Shown in pieces: positions 13,076 through 33,156 of a stretch of DNA of 64,000 nucleotides (its first letter is position 1; each line of letters begins with the position of its first letter). A program made the translations under genes and the position numbers. The DNA lies in assembly GCF_009914755.1 (NCBI RefSeq), contig NC_060928.1; one strand, 5' to 3'. A model generated the notes under the pieces. The model saw only the letters and a list, made by a program, of their open reading frames with translations. It had not been told where the DNA came from and ran no database searches. Source of the DNA: the human T2T-CHM13v2.0 reference genome, Homo sapiens.

Positions 13076-14113
13076 GTAGACAGGGCTTATGTGCAATAAG
13101 GAGTAATAGTAAAATCTTTCTGAAGAGCAGTAAGATTATTTTCTTCTCTGCAGAGTAATAGGATTAATGTTTACTGTTTTCAGTTGAAAAAGTGTATTTA
13201 CCCATATTTGATAGAACAAAACCAGTGATAGACTTGTTCAGTATTTCTTTTCTCTGAAGAAAAAAATGTTACATGAACCTAAAAGAACTTTTAAAACAAT
13301 GACTTGTGACTATCATAAACAAAAATAGTAATAATTAGCACCTATTGATCATTACTATGTGCCACACTTGTGCCAGGTACTTTACATACTTCATCTTAGT
13401 TAGTCCTTAAAATAACTTTGGAATGTAGGTAACTTTATTATCCCATTTTACCTCTGTAATCCTTACAAGGCAAATAAGGGTTAGAGAGGTAAAAAAGTGT
13501 TGCCCAATATGATTCTAAAACCACTTCTACCATACACTAGAAAAATATAATCTAACAATCTTGATAGGTTTAAATATTTGTTTTAAAATACCATGATATA
13601 TAAAGGGCCCCTGAGCTCCTTCTGACATTAATGCTGGAGTTGTTTTATCCCTATATAATTTGGTTTTGAGATATCATAATAAAATGGTTTAGGTTTTTAT
13701 ACCTTTTGTAAGATATTCTAAATTTATAGAATGTGAATAGAGGCAAATAATACATTTTTTCCACAGGAAATAAAAACAATAATAAAACTTCCACCAAATC
13801 TCTTTGCATGGAGTGAGAAAGGTTAGAGAATTAGTGCCAATCTTTTGGCATCTCCATGAACTTCCCTAATTCTGTGCAGAGATAGAAGCCAAAAGAAACA
13901 AATAGATGTGCAACTAACAGACGCTGGTGTCTCTGAAAAAGGGTTATGCTAAGTAGAAGAGTTTATGTAGAGAGGATCTGTTAGGGCTTATTGATTGACT
14001 CGACTTTTGTGACCTGTTGAGGATTTAAGATATTTTCCCAACAGCAACAGTAAACCAATGAAAAGGATTTTCAGCAGGGTTGACATGAAAAGATTTGCAT
14101 GTTTAAAAGACTA

Positions 14114-14431
<318 letters not shown>

Positions 14432-14439
14432 CTATTCTG

Positions 14440-15220
14440 GTTCTAGCTTGGAGAACAAAATGGAGGGGAGCCATAATGGATTTAAAGAGGATACTGAGCA
14501 GGTTACTATTGGTGAGTGATGACTCCACTTGTACTAAAGTTGTGATAGTAAAGATGGATAAAAATGAATGGATGGGAAAGGTACAGGGGTGATCAACAGT
14601 AACAAGTGTTGGACTGGATGTGGGATATGACTGTGCAGAATGGAAAAAGGATGACACTTGGCTTCCTGAGATACACAATTGGATGGATGGTGAGGCTGTT
14701 TACTGAGATGAGGAACACTGGAAGAAAAAGATAGCGTTTGAGTGGAATATCATCACTTTGGTCTCAACATGGTACCTCATGTTGAATTTGAGGTACCTTT
14801 GAGACATCCAAATAGAGATACTGAGTAGTTAGTTGGACATATAAAGGGAAAGATCTAACACTGAGATATAAATTTAGGTATCATGGTATACAGATGATAA
14901 TTTAGTGGGGAAAGGTGTAATAGTTGGACAGGGGGAGTAGAGGGTGAATAGAGAAAAGATCCTAGGACAGAGCCTTGAGAAACTGCACTTTTTAAAGGCC
15001 AGGAGGAGAGAAGAATGAGTCTGCAATGGAGGCAGAGAAGAAGAGTAGAAAGACAAGCCAGGAAGAAAATGTGGCATTATGACATTGACGGGAAAAAAGA
15101 GTGTTTCAAGGAGAGAGTGATAAACAAGTTGACTAGGAAATTAAGCAAAAAGAAGACTGATAGATATCCATTGAATGTAGTGACATGGAGGCAATTAATG
15201 AGCTTGCTGAGACGTTAAAA
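14440..15220 (-). mobile_element. L2 fragment
   Basis: Degenerate L2 motifs (gaatttgaggtacctttgagacatccaaatagagata, ttgaatgtagtgacatggagg). Confidence 0.7.
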
Positions 15221-16205
15221 ATGAATGGTATTATATCTCAAATAAAAGAACCTGTGATTTTTCATTTTTTATATTCCTAGTCTTAACATTTATTCCTAGT
15301 AATCTTACTATTGTAATACTGTTAAAATGTATTGAAAATGATGCATACAATTTAAAAATCCTATAAACATAAAAATTTCTTCTTAATAATAGAGAGTTTT
15401 ATTCCTTGAGATTCTGTTTCTTTGGCAGAATGATTTCTGGGAATTAAAGATACAAAAACAAACATTACTCCATACCTACTGTGTGCCAGATGCTTTCACA
15501 TATAGGTACCTTCTGTATCCTAATGCCATTATTAACCATCCTAGATACATATTGATTACTAACAGTTTGAATTTGGTAGCAGTTTGATTACTAACAGTTT
15601 GAATTTGATTGGTTTGAATTTCAAAGAAGATGGATTGGCACTTGGGAATTTTTTAGTCATCTTTCCAATATCATATCCCACCAAAGTTGATATATCCCAA
15701 AGTGAACTCTCATCTATACCTTACACTCAAATTACCTTCTCCTGTTACCCTCTCTATTTTTTTAAAGGTACCTTGGTCTAGAAACCCTTAAGATCTCACT
15801 CTACTTCTGCACACAGTAGATCTCAGGAATGTTCACTGTCACAATCTGTCAATTCTTCTTGTATAATATCTCTCCAATGTATCTCCCTTCTGTTCAGGAA
15901 ATTTCATACATAAACAAAATAGTCTATTAATGGTTTTCCATCTCTATGGTTTCTCTACATTATAACAGAAACATTAAATAATATAATGGGTACCATTCTT
16001 GATAAAACCAAAACAGAGAATTACTCCTCCCCAAGGTATTTTCTCGTATTAACCATCAAAAACAAACAATACATACTATTTTTGCAAATGGCCAAATAAT
16101 ACTGTCTAGTTTTACAGATTTCTAGAATTCAAATTTGAAGGATGAATAAGTTTAGTAAACCACAGGGCTTAATGGCTACCAGATTCCTTATGCAATTCTC
16201 CCTGA

Positions 16206-16505
<300 letters not shown>

Positions 16506-17501
16506 TAATTGAGAACACTAGTGACAATAAGAAATTCAGGATTTCTATGCTAGCTAAAGAGTAATTTATGTGCCCTGGATACTAGTGAGGAGCAAAAAAA
16601 AAAAAGGGGGTTTTATATTGTTGCCCACTGAAAGGAATATCTCACTTCACTAAGAATGAGGGTTTCAGTGAGGGTTATGACATTTCTCAAATTGCAGCAA
16701 TGGATCTATTTAAATTGTGGAACTCTGTTGGAGCTCCAGAAATCTGTGCAAAGCATCATAAAAAAGTTGACCATCATTCCACAATGTATACATATATCAA
16801 AACACTATATTGTACACCATAAATATATAAAATTTTTATTTGTCAATTTAAAAAAAGTGACCTTGGCTACTAAACTTGTGAGGCGGGAAAAAACAGCATA
16901 CATGCTCAAGTGACTCTACCAAAGAGGTATGGAGAGAAAGTTATTCCTCCATTCCTTTTAAGCATAAACAAAATGCTATATAAACAGAAATTGGGAATTA
17001 TGACTTGTGGCTTGTTTTGTTTTTTTTTTGTTTTGTTTTGTTTTTGGTTTTTTTTTTTTACAAAAGTGCAATTATTTATCCTGTGATATGTTTTTCTCAC
17101 TTACTATACGATGGACATATATCCAGTTCAACTGACATAGATATGATCATTTGTTTTTAATAGATGCATAGTTCCATTGCAGTAATGTACCAGTTTTATT
17201 CAACTATCTCTCTCCAGGTTCACCTCAGTTTGGTTTAAGTTTTTGACAATACAAATAAAGCTAAAATAAACATTTCATATATATAAAAAATAAAAACATA
17301 CCCGAGAGGCTGGTATTATACTCCCATTTCACAAAGAAGGAAAGAAGTTACCCCATAGCCAAATTGTCACAGCTACTCTTGTTTCTACAGCAGACTGTAA
17401 AACATGCCCTCCTAGGTCACTAAAAGCATTAATCTAACAGTCTGTCTAGATGTTTGGGGACAACTGTCAAAAAATGACAATTTTGTTTTGATCATTAGTA
17501 A

Positions 17502-17863
<362 letters not shown>

Positions 17864-17935
17864 TTACTTCTTGAACATTTCCTTAAAAGTGATCATGGGA
17901 CCATGTTGTCAGAAGGAGGCTACTTGTTCAGCTTA

Positions 17936-18027
17936 TACACACCCACACCCACACACACACCCACAAACACACACACACACCCCCACACCCACACACACAC
18001 CCACAAACACACACACCCACACACACA

Positions 18028-18064
<37 letters not shown>

Positions 18065-18090
18065 ACACACGCACACAAACACACACACAT
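17936..18090. repeat. Interrupted (CA)n / CACC microsatellite
   Basis: Direct read. Confidence 0.95.
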
Positions 18091-18680
18091 ATCAATCATT
18101 TCAGCTTAAAATTGGCAATTTAGATCACAATTATTTATTATGAAATTAATTTGAAATTTGATCTTGGAAAACAGAATTCCTCTATAGTCTAATTTTGACA
18201 TATGCTGGATAAAGACTCTGCACTCTTCATTTGATTTACTTTTATATTGAATTAAAATACCCTAATATTACAATATAGTGATAATATTTGCTGAAGTAAT
18301 TTCATTAGGATGTAACATATCTACTGGGAAAAATAAGTCTTTATTCTGCAGATATTATTGAGTACCTAATACATGTTGGGCTGTGCACATAGTTATAACA
18401 GTGAAAAACAGTGCTGCTGCTTTTGAAGAGTTCAGTGTTTACTGAAAGAGACAGAGCATTATAAAATGTGTTATAAAATGGAGGTAGCATTAAGAATCAT
18501 GGGAGAAAAATTGGGCTATCCAACTTTGCAGGTTTCTAACAATTTCATAGGAGATGTGCTATTTGATTTAATAAATCAAATGTTTTAATAAATTAAATGT
18601 TGGAAAATACTAGGCTACAAGATTAGAGTCTAGAGGGACACATGCTAACATCATAGAGGTAACAAGCCCTAAAAACTGTT

Positions 18681-19684
<1,004 letters not shown>

Positions 19685-20029
19685 ATGTTTCTGTCTAAGA
19701 AATTAAAAACCGATAAAATAAGTGAACCTGTTATTACCAAGTGTAAGAGAGAACAAAATAGAATGTTAATAATGGAATATCTAACAAAAGTGAGAAACCT
19801 GCATGTGTAGCTTATTGGAAAAAAAAAGGCTAGAACAGCCTGATGGCCTAAATACATATAAGTCAAATGGGAAAAGAAGTGACGCATGGTGGTGTGCACC
19901 TGTAGTTCCAGCTATTCAGGAGGCTGAGGTGGGACCACTTGAGGCCAGGAGTTCAAGGCTGCAGTGCGCTATAATGGCACCTGTGAGTAGCCACTCACTC
20001 CAGCCTGGGCAACATAGTGAGATCTGTCG

Positions 20030-20283
20030 TAAGGGAGGGGAAAGGGAAGGGGAAGTGGAAGGGGAAGGAGAAGGAGGGAAGGAAGGGAGGGAAGGAAGGG
20101 AAGGAAAGGAGGGAAGGAAGGGAGGGAAGGAAGGGAGGGAGGAATAAAGAAAGAAAAGAAAGGATTGAAGGAAGGAAGGGAGGGAGGAATAAAGAAAGAA
20201 AAGAAAGGATGGAAGGAAGGAAGTAAAGAAGGAAGGGAGGGAGGGAGGGAGGGAGGGAGGGAGGGAGGGAGGGAGAAAGGAAG
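20030..20283. repeat. Polypurine (GGAA/GGGA)n low-complexity tract between an Alu fragment (19880-20027) and AluSx (20284-20608)
   Basis: Direct read. Confidence 0.95.
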
Positions 20284-20459
20284 AGCCTGGTGCGGTGGCT
20301 CATGGCTGTAGTACCAGCACATTGGGAGGCTGAGGTGGGTGGATCACTTGGGGTCAGGAGTCCGAGACCAGCCTGGCCAACATGGTGAAACCCCATCTCT
20401 ACTAAAAATACAAAAATTAGCTGGGCATGGTGGCGCATGCCTGTAGTCACAGCTACTCA

Positions 20460-20636
<177 letters not shown>

Positions 20637-21036
20637 TCATTTTTTCTCAGTTTATCCAGATTTGCTCAAAGCTCAGGACTACAAACAAAACACAACTATA
20701 TATAAATAAATCTATCTAAAATATGTTCAATATTTTTATTCATTTTTCAAAATCTGGTAATGTTTGAGAGAAGTTTAAATGACATCTATTATCTACCAAA
20801 CCTCCAATGGCTCAAAGACTAAATCATGAGAAATTTTCATTTGTATATGAAAACTTTTCCTTCTAGTCATATTCTTTGCATATAAGTAGATTTTTTAAAA
20901 TTACTGGGTATTTTAATACCTTTATTAGAGATGTAAATGATAAAGGACCAGATTGTAGGACTTCATGCGTCCCCCCAAAAAATGCCCTTATAACTTAAAA
21001 CTAAGACCAATTGTTTAAAATTACTTATATATCATA

Positions 21037-21633
21037 ATTTTTTTTTTTGAGACGGGGTCTCTGCCACTCAGGCTGGAGTGCAATAGTAGTACCATAACTC
21101 ACTGCAGCCTCAAACCCTAGGCTCATGTGATCTTCCTCCTTCGGCCTCCCAAAGTGCTAGGATTACAGGTGTGAGCCACTGCATCTGGCCTAGTATTTCA
21201 ATTTTTAAACAGGTATTTTTTTTTAGTCTCTGGATATCTTTATTTTAGTGGAAGATAATCATTATCATTAAGTAAACATTTAAAATAAGTGTTAACATTT
21301 ATTCCATGCTTACCCTGTATCATGAGTGTTCCATATATTTTATATATGTTTTATTTTATTTTATTTATTTACGTACTTATTTTTTAGAGACAGGGTCTCA
21401 CTTTGTCACCCAGGCTGAAGCGCAGCCTGGACCTCCTGGGCTCACGTAATGCTCCTGCCTCAGCCTCCCGAATAGCTGGGGCTACAGGCGTGTTCCCCAA
21501 TGCCTGGCTAATATTTTAATTTTTTGCAGAGATGGGGGTCTCACCTTGTTGCTCAGGCTGATCTTAAACTCCTGGACTCAAGTGATCCTCCTACCTCGGC
21601 CTCTCAAAGTAGCATGAGCCACTGTACCTGGCC
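21037..21633 (-). mobile_element. Two AluJ-type fragments (21037-21190; ~21350-21633)
   Basis: Reverse Alu motifs with internal deletions. Confidence 0.85.
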
Positions 21634-21880
21634 CATTTTATTTTTTAAAAAGCTACACATTCACAAAATACAATCAAAAGATGAAAAGGAATACACAGTG
21701 AAAATTTTCTTGGCCACTCAACTACCCAAATTCAAGCTTTAGAGAAATTCAGCGCTACCATTTTCTGTGATTATGCAGCAAATATGTACATGTATCATCT
21801 ACTTGTCACTCATTTTTGCACTGTTTTATACTTTGCTTCTTCTAATTAACACTGTATCTTGGCAGTACCCCTTGTCATAA

Positions 21881-23028
<1,148 letters not shown>

Positions 23029-23212
23029 TGTTTGATTGCATAAGTCCATCAAAGCAGCCCCTTATAGATGGAGATTTAGGTTGTTTCCATACTTTCCCTA
23101 CCATAACAGTATTACAATAAATATCCACATATAGGTATCAATTCACTCATTTACAAGTACATCTGTTTGAGAAATTCTAGCAAGAAGAATTGCTGGTTGT
23201 AAAGTACGTATG

Positions 23213-23520
23213 TGAGCCACGCACAGTGGCTCATGCCTATAATCCCAGCACTTTGGGAGTCTGAGGTGGGCAGATCTCTTGAACCCAGGAGTTGGAGACC
23301 AGCCTGGACAACATGGTGAAATTCCATCTCTGCATAAAATACAAAAATTAGCCGGGCATGGTGGTGCATGCCTGTAGTCCCAGCTACTGGGGAGGTCGAG
23401 ATGGGAGGATCACTTGAGCCCGAGAGGTTGAGGTTCCAGTGAGCCATGCCTCTGCACTGCACCCTGCGCAACAGAGTGAGATCCTGTCTCAAATATACAT
23501 ACATACATACATACATACAA
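23213..23520 (+). mobile_element. AluJ with (ATAC)n tail
   Basis: Dimeric Alu. Confidence 0.9.
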
Positions 23521-24667
23521 TTAAAAAATAAAGTATGTGGGCTTTAATTTTTTGATAAGTATTGCCAAACTGTCTTATGTAATGGCTACACTAATTTACA
23601 CTCCCCCAAGCAATGTATGAGAGTACATATCTCCACCAGACTCTTACCAACAAATGTATTTTTAAACTTTTTGATCTTTGCTAATAAGATTCAGTGGAAA
23701 TGCCTTAGCACTTATGTTCTAAATAGATTTTCTCACTAATCTCTATAATAGTAAGTACTATTATTATCACCATTTTACATATGAGAAAATTAAGGCTTAC
23801 AGAGGTTAGGTAACTAGCTAAAGTCATTCAGAGAAAAAGTAGAAGAATCCAGATTGCACTCCTGTTTGTGTCTTGAAAAAAACTCCTAACCACTAAGTAC
23901 TTTCATTAAGAAATACCGTCAAATAGCTTTTAAATGTAAATTGCATTTCTCATAATTACCTTTAATGATACAAAACTATTTCAGATAGTTCAGCAGGATT
24001 TTACAGCCTCTTTGTGTCCTTATCAGTATAATTATCACTGAACAATAGATGTGTGTCCTAGTTTAAAAAACAGCCTAGTAGACAGATGCCAGGTGAACTC
24101 CCTATAATGGTCTCATATGATATCACCAATTTGAAAGTTGTATCCCATCCCCGAAAGCTTCAGCCTTCATTCTCCATACCCAGTGGCTCTGTTTCAGTTA
24201 GTGAAGCACAGATGGATGCTTAACTAGAATGCTGCAATCACAACATTCTGGAAACCTAAAAGATAACGTGAGGATTGCAGTAGCACCTTTGTTATCCATA
24301 GTTCAAGATGATTTGCAAATATTAAGGTGTGGCCTTCATCAAATGTAGATGGAATCAGTCTGCAAAACAACCAACCAAAAACTATGTGACTATTCTTTGC
24401 CACCCTTTGACAGTATTGGAGAGAATGTGCGTGGGGTGGAGAACTAATTATATCAGAATCATGTGCTCACAACATCTCAAGCTACAATTTGGAGACATTA
24501 TCCATGCATTTTCTGGGTGTGGGCTTTCAGCACTTTACAGGTTTGACTTGTTTGCAGCTCTCAGTGGCATGCAGAAGGGCTCTGCCAGAACAGGTTTCAC
24601 AAAGAGAAAATGCTGGTACCTCAACTTCAGCTCACAACCATTAAATTCTGCCTTTCATTCTGCATTT

Positions 24668-25290
24668 CATGTCAATGGAGAAAACAGTGGAGTATCCAAA
24701 AAATGGTATGGAGACACATGGGTGGCCATATGGGAAAAAAATTAAAGTTAGAAGTATACTTCACACCTTGTCCCAAAATGAATTCCAGATAGATAAAAAG
24801 ATATATATATGTTTAAAAGTTTCATGAAAAAAATATGTATATATATCTCAGGTGGGAGAGGACTTTTAAAATATAATACTCAGAACACATAAAAGAAAAT
24901 ATGAATAAATTAGACTTCCAATTAAAAAAAATTCTGCGTAGAAAAACCCACCATAAACAAAGTCAAAGACAAATGACAAACCAGGAAAATTTTATTCCAA
25001 CTCATATCACAGTCAAAGTGTTCATTTCCCTAATGTACAAAGAGCTTCTACAAATAAGAGAAACACCAACATCCTTAGAAAAGTGAGCCTGGGATATGTG
25101 CTTACAGTTTTCAGACGTGGAAATAAAAATGGCTCTCAAACTCCCTCATAAGGAATGCCAGTTAAAACTACACGGTGATTGTCAAAAATTCAACAGTTAG
25201 TAGCCTCAGTTGGTCAATCTATGGGGGAAACTTACATGCTCATACATTATTGGTGACAGTAATTTGGCAATATTTATCAAAACACAAATG
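24668..25290 (+). mobile_element. Old L1M ORF2 3' fragment
   Basis: L1 motifs (aaaatgaattccagatagataaaag, ccataaacaaagtcaaagacaaatgacaaacc). Confidence 0.75.
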
Positions 25291-25479
25291 CTGCAAAGAA
25301 TGGGAAGATTGAGAAAAGTAATAATAAAAATCAAAAAGAAACACAAATGCTATGCCTATTGATTCCTCACTTGTACTTTTAGGGGAATGTAGTTTTAAAG
25401 AGGGTGGTTGGGAAAGGACAAAACCTGAAGGAGCTGAGGAAGGTTCAGGGAAGAACAGCCCAGGAAGAACACCAAATAC

Positions 25480-26790
25480 TAAGGCCCAAGTTGAGAACAG
25501 TGTGAGGCATATGCTAGAAACAAGAGTGGCTGGAGTGGAATAAGTGATGAACGAGAATACTGGGAGATGTGTCAGGGAAATATTAGTAGGGCAGGACGTG
25601 GAGGGTCTACTAAGTCATCTTAAAGTCTTCAGCTTTTACTCTAAGCAGATAGAAAATCATTGGGGCATTGTGAGCAGAGGAGTGACCTTGTGTAAACTAC
25701 ATTTCTCAAAGACCACTTTACTGCTGTGAAAAGAACAGAGGAGAGAACAGTTAGGAGGCTACGGTATGAGGCAAGAGGTGGCAGTGAACTGAATCAAGAT
25801 GACAGTAGTAGAGGTGGTGAGAAATGGCCAGATTTGGGGTATATTTTGAAAGCAGAGTCACCTGAATTTGCCAACAGATTGGATATGGGTAGAGAGAAAG
25901 AAAGAGTCTAGAATGACTGTAAGATTTTTGGCCTGAAAAACTGGAAAGACAGAGTTGCCATCAACTGAAATGAAGCAATGATTTGGAAGGAAGTCAGGTG
26001 TTAAATGATTAATGTGATCAACCTGAGATGCTTTTTAGACATTCAAATGGATATATCAAAGAAACAGTTTGGTTACATGAATTCTGATTTCTTGGGTGAG
26101 ATCTAGGCTGAAGCTACAAATTAAGAAGTCAGCCCTTACAGGGGTCAGGCATGGTGGCTCATGCCTGTAATCCCAGCACTTTGGGAGGCTACGGTGGGCC
26201 GATTACTTGAGCCCAGGAGTTTGAGACCAACCTGGGCAACATGAAAAAACCCCATCTCTACAAAAAATACAAAAATTAGCCAGGCATGGTGGCACTCACC
26301 TGTGGTCCCAGCTACTTGGGAGGCTGAGGGGGAAAGATCATCTGAGCTTTAGGAAGTCGAAGCCGCAGTGAGCCCCATGACCATGCCACTGCTCTCCAGC
26401 CTGAGTGACAGAGTGAGACCCTGTCTCAAAACGACAACAACAACAAACCCCAAAACCGGAATTCAGCATGTAAAAATAGTTATTAAAGCCTGGGAACTAG
26501 ATGAGGTCACCATGGAGTCAATGCAGATGCAGAGGAAAAGAGAATAAGAACTAATCCGAGAGCATGCCACCATTTAGAGGTAGGAATCATAAAGAGGAGC
26601 CAGCAGGAAAAGAGATTGACAGGGAGCAAAAAATGAGGTAAAAGTAAAACAACGAAAGTGTGGTGTCCTGTAAGCCTAATAATGAAACCCACCAATGCGG
26701 AGAAAGTGATCGATAGTGTCAAATACTGCTGATGGATTGGGGAAGATGAGGGTTGAGACCATTAGAGTTAGCAACACAGGTCACTAACAA
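25480..26790 (-). mobile_element. L2 fragment with inserted AluJ (26143-26447, +)
   Basis: L2 motifs (gagaaatggccagatttggggtatattttgaaagcagag). Confidence 0.75.
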
Positions 26791-26823
26791 ACTTGAAGAC
26801 ACACATAGCTTTAGAGCAACAGT

Positions 26824-27466
26824 TGTAGTTGCAGGAAGAGGAAGGTGGTACCTTTCCTCCCCATCATAAGGGTCACAGCTGACATTCCTATAACAAAACG
26901 CAGGTTAACAAGAGAAAAGCATAACAGATTCATATAATCAAAGTTTTACATAACACAAGAGGCTTCAGAAATGAAGCCCTAAAATCCTGGGGGAACTATT
27001 TTTATGTGTAGATTCAACAAAGAATGGACAGCCATGTAGAAATGTGTTTACAGACAAAAAGTGTATGCTCTAATAGTAACAGGCTAAGAGGGGATATCCA
27101 GCAAGTCCTCTCTGTTCAGATTTTTCTTGGTCTCTCTGCGTAACGTTTCTTCCTCTCTGGTGGGGGGCAGGACCCCTCTGGAGCGAGGGTCTTCTAGGGA
27201 GAAGAGAGAAGGAGGAAGGGAGAGCGTAACCTGTCTAGGTTTTATGGCTTGCTTTTGGGACAGGAGTTCTCATTTCTGTGAACCACCTTGGGGAAGAGAA
27301 TTCTGATTTCCATGATTTGCTTTTGGGGAGAAAATGGGGTGAGAGACAGGAGAATAGAAGAATGTCAGAGAGACCTTGCTTCTGAGGCCTTGAAATCTCC
27401 TTTCATTCCAAATACATAGCATGGCAAAGTGCCATACTTTGGGGGATCCTGTTCTGAGCCCCAACA
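26824..27466 (-). mobile_element. ERV1 solo LTR (MER31/MER34 group)
   Basis: Reverse start TGTTGGGGCTCAGAAC..CCCCAAAGTATGGC, typical of this group. Confidence 0.7.
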
Positions 27467-27896
27467 TGGTGAAAGCGTGAGTGGAGTGAATTCAAGAGAG
27501 AAGAGAATCAAGTGTCTAGATATAACTACCAATACACAGGAAATATGGAAGAAAGATGAACATGTTAAACAAAACCATGAGGATGCAAGCAGCCAAATCC
27601 AGAATGTAGGAACTTCTACAGGAAACAATGATCTGTTTTTTAAAAATAAGTCATATAAATGGCATGAAAACATGGGGGAGGAATACTGTTAGAGATGACA
27701 AAAGACTTAAAAAACATACCAGCCAAATACAATGTGTTTAAAGGCTGATTTGAGCAAATCTACATAAACGAGAAGTTTTTTGAAACAATCTAGGAAATTT
27801 AAAACCTAGCTGTATATTTAGGTTTGTTAGATATGATCATTGCTGTTGTGATTGACATTTGTAAAAGTCATTATCTGTTAGAGATGTGTATTGGAG

Positions 27897-27899
27897 TAT

Positions 27900-27938
<39 letters not shown>

Positions 27939-28225
27939 TTTTTGAGACGGAGTCTCACTCTGTTGCCCAGGCTGGAGTGCAGTGGCGCAGTCTCGGCTCC
28001 ACTGCATGCTCCGCCTCCCAGGTTCACGCCATTCTCCTGCCTCAGCCTCCCGAGTAGCTGGGACTACAGGCACCCACCACCATGCCCGGCTAATTTTTTA
28101 TATTTTTATTAGAGACGGGGTTTCACCTTGTTAGCCTGGATGGTTTCGATCTCCTGACCTGATGATCCGCCTGCCTCAGCCTCCCAAAGTGCTGGGATTA
28201 CAGGCGTGAGACACTGCACCCGGCC
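27897..28225 (-). mobile_element. AluY with (TTTA)n tail
   Basis: AluY motif ggttcacgccattctcc; flanked by gtattta repeats. Confidence 0.92.
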
Positions 28226-28489
28226 ATGTATTTATAGGCAAAATAATATGATGTCTGGGATTTGCTTTAAAATACTTTAGAAAACAGACAAAGGCAAGGT
28301 TGTCAAAATAAAAAAAAACTTTAGAAAATGTAGGGAAAAAGAGTAAATGACATAAGATTGATAAAATGTTTCTAATGGTTGAAACTGGCTAAGGATATAC
28401 AAGGCTCATTATCCTGTCTCTCTACCTTTGTGTATGCTCAAAAAAAAATGTTTTGTTTTGTTTTGTTTTTTTCAGGGGAATACATTGCT

Positions 28490-30635
<2,146 letters not shown>

Positions 30636-30799
30636 TTAATGTGATGATGTGGGGGGAGAAAGGAGACTCTTTGGAGAAATGTCTTTGAATAGCCAAGAAG
30701 GGATGAGAGCTGGTGCAAATGTGGAAGTGCTGGTCGTAAATAGGAGTACAGGACATTATATCCACAATAACGGGAGGCGAGGCAAGACAGAATATTGGC

Positions 30800-31153
30800 T
30801 GCTATGGTTTGAATGTGTCCCCTCCAAAATTCAGGTGTTGTCAATGTGATAGTACTCAGAGCTGGGGCCTTAACAGATGATTAGGCCACAAGGGCTCCTC
30901 TCTCATGAGTGGGTTAAAGCCCTTTATAAATGAGGCTTCATGCAGCATTCGGCTCACTTGCCCCTCTGCCTTCCACCATGTGAGAACACAGCCTGCATCT
31001 CTTCAGATGATGTGCCATCTTGGAAGTAGAGAACAGCTCTCACCAGACAACCAAAACTGTTGGTGCCTTAAACTTCCCAGTCTCCAGAACTGCGAGAAAA
31101 TTAATTTCTCTTCTTTATAAATTACCCAGTCTCAGGTATTTTTTTTTACAGCA
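30800..31153 (+). mobile_element. MaLR solo LTR (MST/MLT1A-like)
   Basis: tgctatggtttgaatgtgtcccc...gcagcacaaaatggactaaaaca. Confidence 0.85.
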
Positions 31154-32581
31154 GCACAAAATGGACTAAAACATGGGCACAGATGTGAGAGGGTAGGGAA
31201 AGAAGAGGTGGTTGAAATTCTCTTCTGAAGCCTCAGTTCCCTTAATGAAACAGATGCTGGTTATCCGTGAAGAGTGAGGTTGGGGGACAAAGTGTTGGAG
31301 GTCTGAAAAAGGGCAAAAATTGTTTGTCTAGGAGGGTGGGAAGTGAAGGTGCTAGAAAGATATGGTATGATTGCTAGGCAGCATTAAAATCATACTGGAA
31401 TTTGGTGGCCAAGAATCTAATCATCAAGAGTTTTCTCCGGCCAGACTCCATAGATGAATGCATGTGAGGAAGAGATAGAGTTTTAACCAGGGTTGTGGTT
31501 TTTCCATGCTAGTATTAGCAAGTGAGAGAGCACCAAATAAGTTGAGAGTTGTGTTATTTAGAACAAAGCTAGATTGCTATAACAAAGCAACCCAACATTA
31601 ATTCTGAGACTTAAGTCAGATATTTATTTCTACTTCAAGCAACAGTCAGAAGTGACCATTTCAGGTCACTGGGTCTCATCTTCAAAGAATCATTTAGGGA
31701 CTGGGGATCCGTCTTTCCATCTTGTTTCTCTTCCACATCCTAGTGCATTTTCCTCATTTGGATCATAGAAACTGGTTGGCAGACACATCCTTTACCATTT
31801 ACCAGGAGGGGGAAGAAGAGCTTGAAGAGGAATCCCTTGCTTTAAGGGCCTAGCCTGCAGGTGCCACATATTACTTCGGTTTATATTCCACTGGCAAAAT
31901 TTTAGTCTGATTGCTACACTTAAATGCAAGAAAGCCCAGGAAATGCCATATGTATGGTTAGCTATGTGCTTAGCTACAATTCTATCACTTTTGAGAAAGC
32001 AGAGGATGGATTTTTGTGGACAACTATAACTGTCTGCTAGGGAGTGATTACAGTTGACCAACGGATGTATACTAAGCAACAAGGAATGAGAGAATCTGAA
32101 AATCAGGAGGCATAGAGTAAAGGTAGTAGAATCAGGGATGGTAGACCTCAATGGAGTGAAAGAATGGCTGGGGTAGGGGTATGAGACATGGAGAATGCTG
32201 GGCATGGGGAATATGGAGTTACTGTTACTGACTATGTCAAAGTCTAGGGTATGATCTCACAGTGAGTGGCTGATACAGGGTGAAAGGTCCAATCACAGGA
32301 AGAAGGGAGGTGAAAAAATTGAGGCTAAGACATGAAAGCTGACCATTTTGGATATTAAAATTACTTAGAATTATGCTATGTGTACTGTTGGAGAAAGTGA
32401 CCCCACACTGAGCTGCTAACATCTGAGAAATGAGGGCAAGTGACTATGAGGGTTAGTAGGTGGTATAAACTGATGCCATGAGATTCAAAGCTGGAGATTT
32501 TTAGGGAGGAGGAGTGGTTCAAAAGTGAAAATGAGGTGCGAAAGGAACCTTCATCCCATCTCCAGGACCAACATCATGTAG

Positions 32582-33156
<575 letters not shown>

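Noticed and set aside
19803-20450. Long E/G/R/K-rich or P/S/L/F-rich ORFs
   Set aside because: Low-complexity GGAA tract plus Alu.
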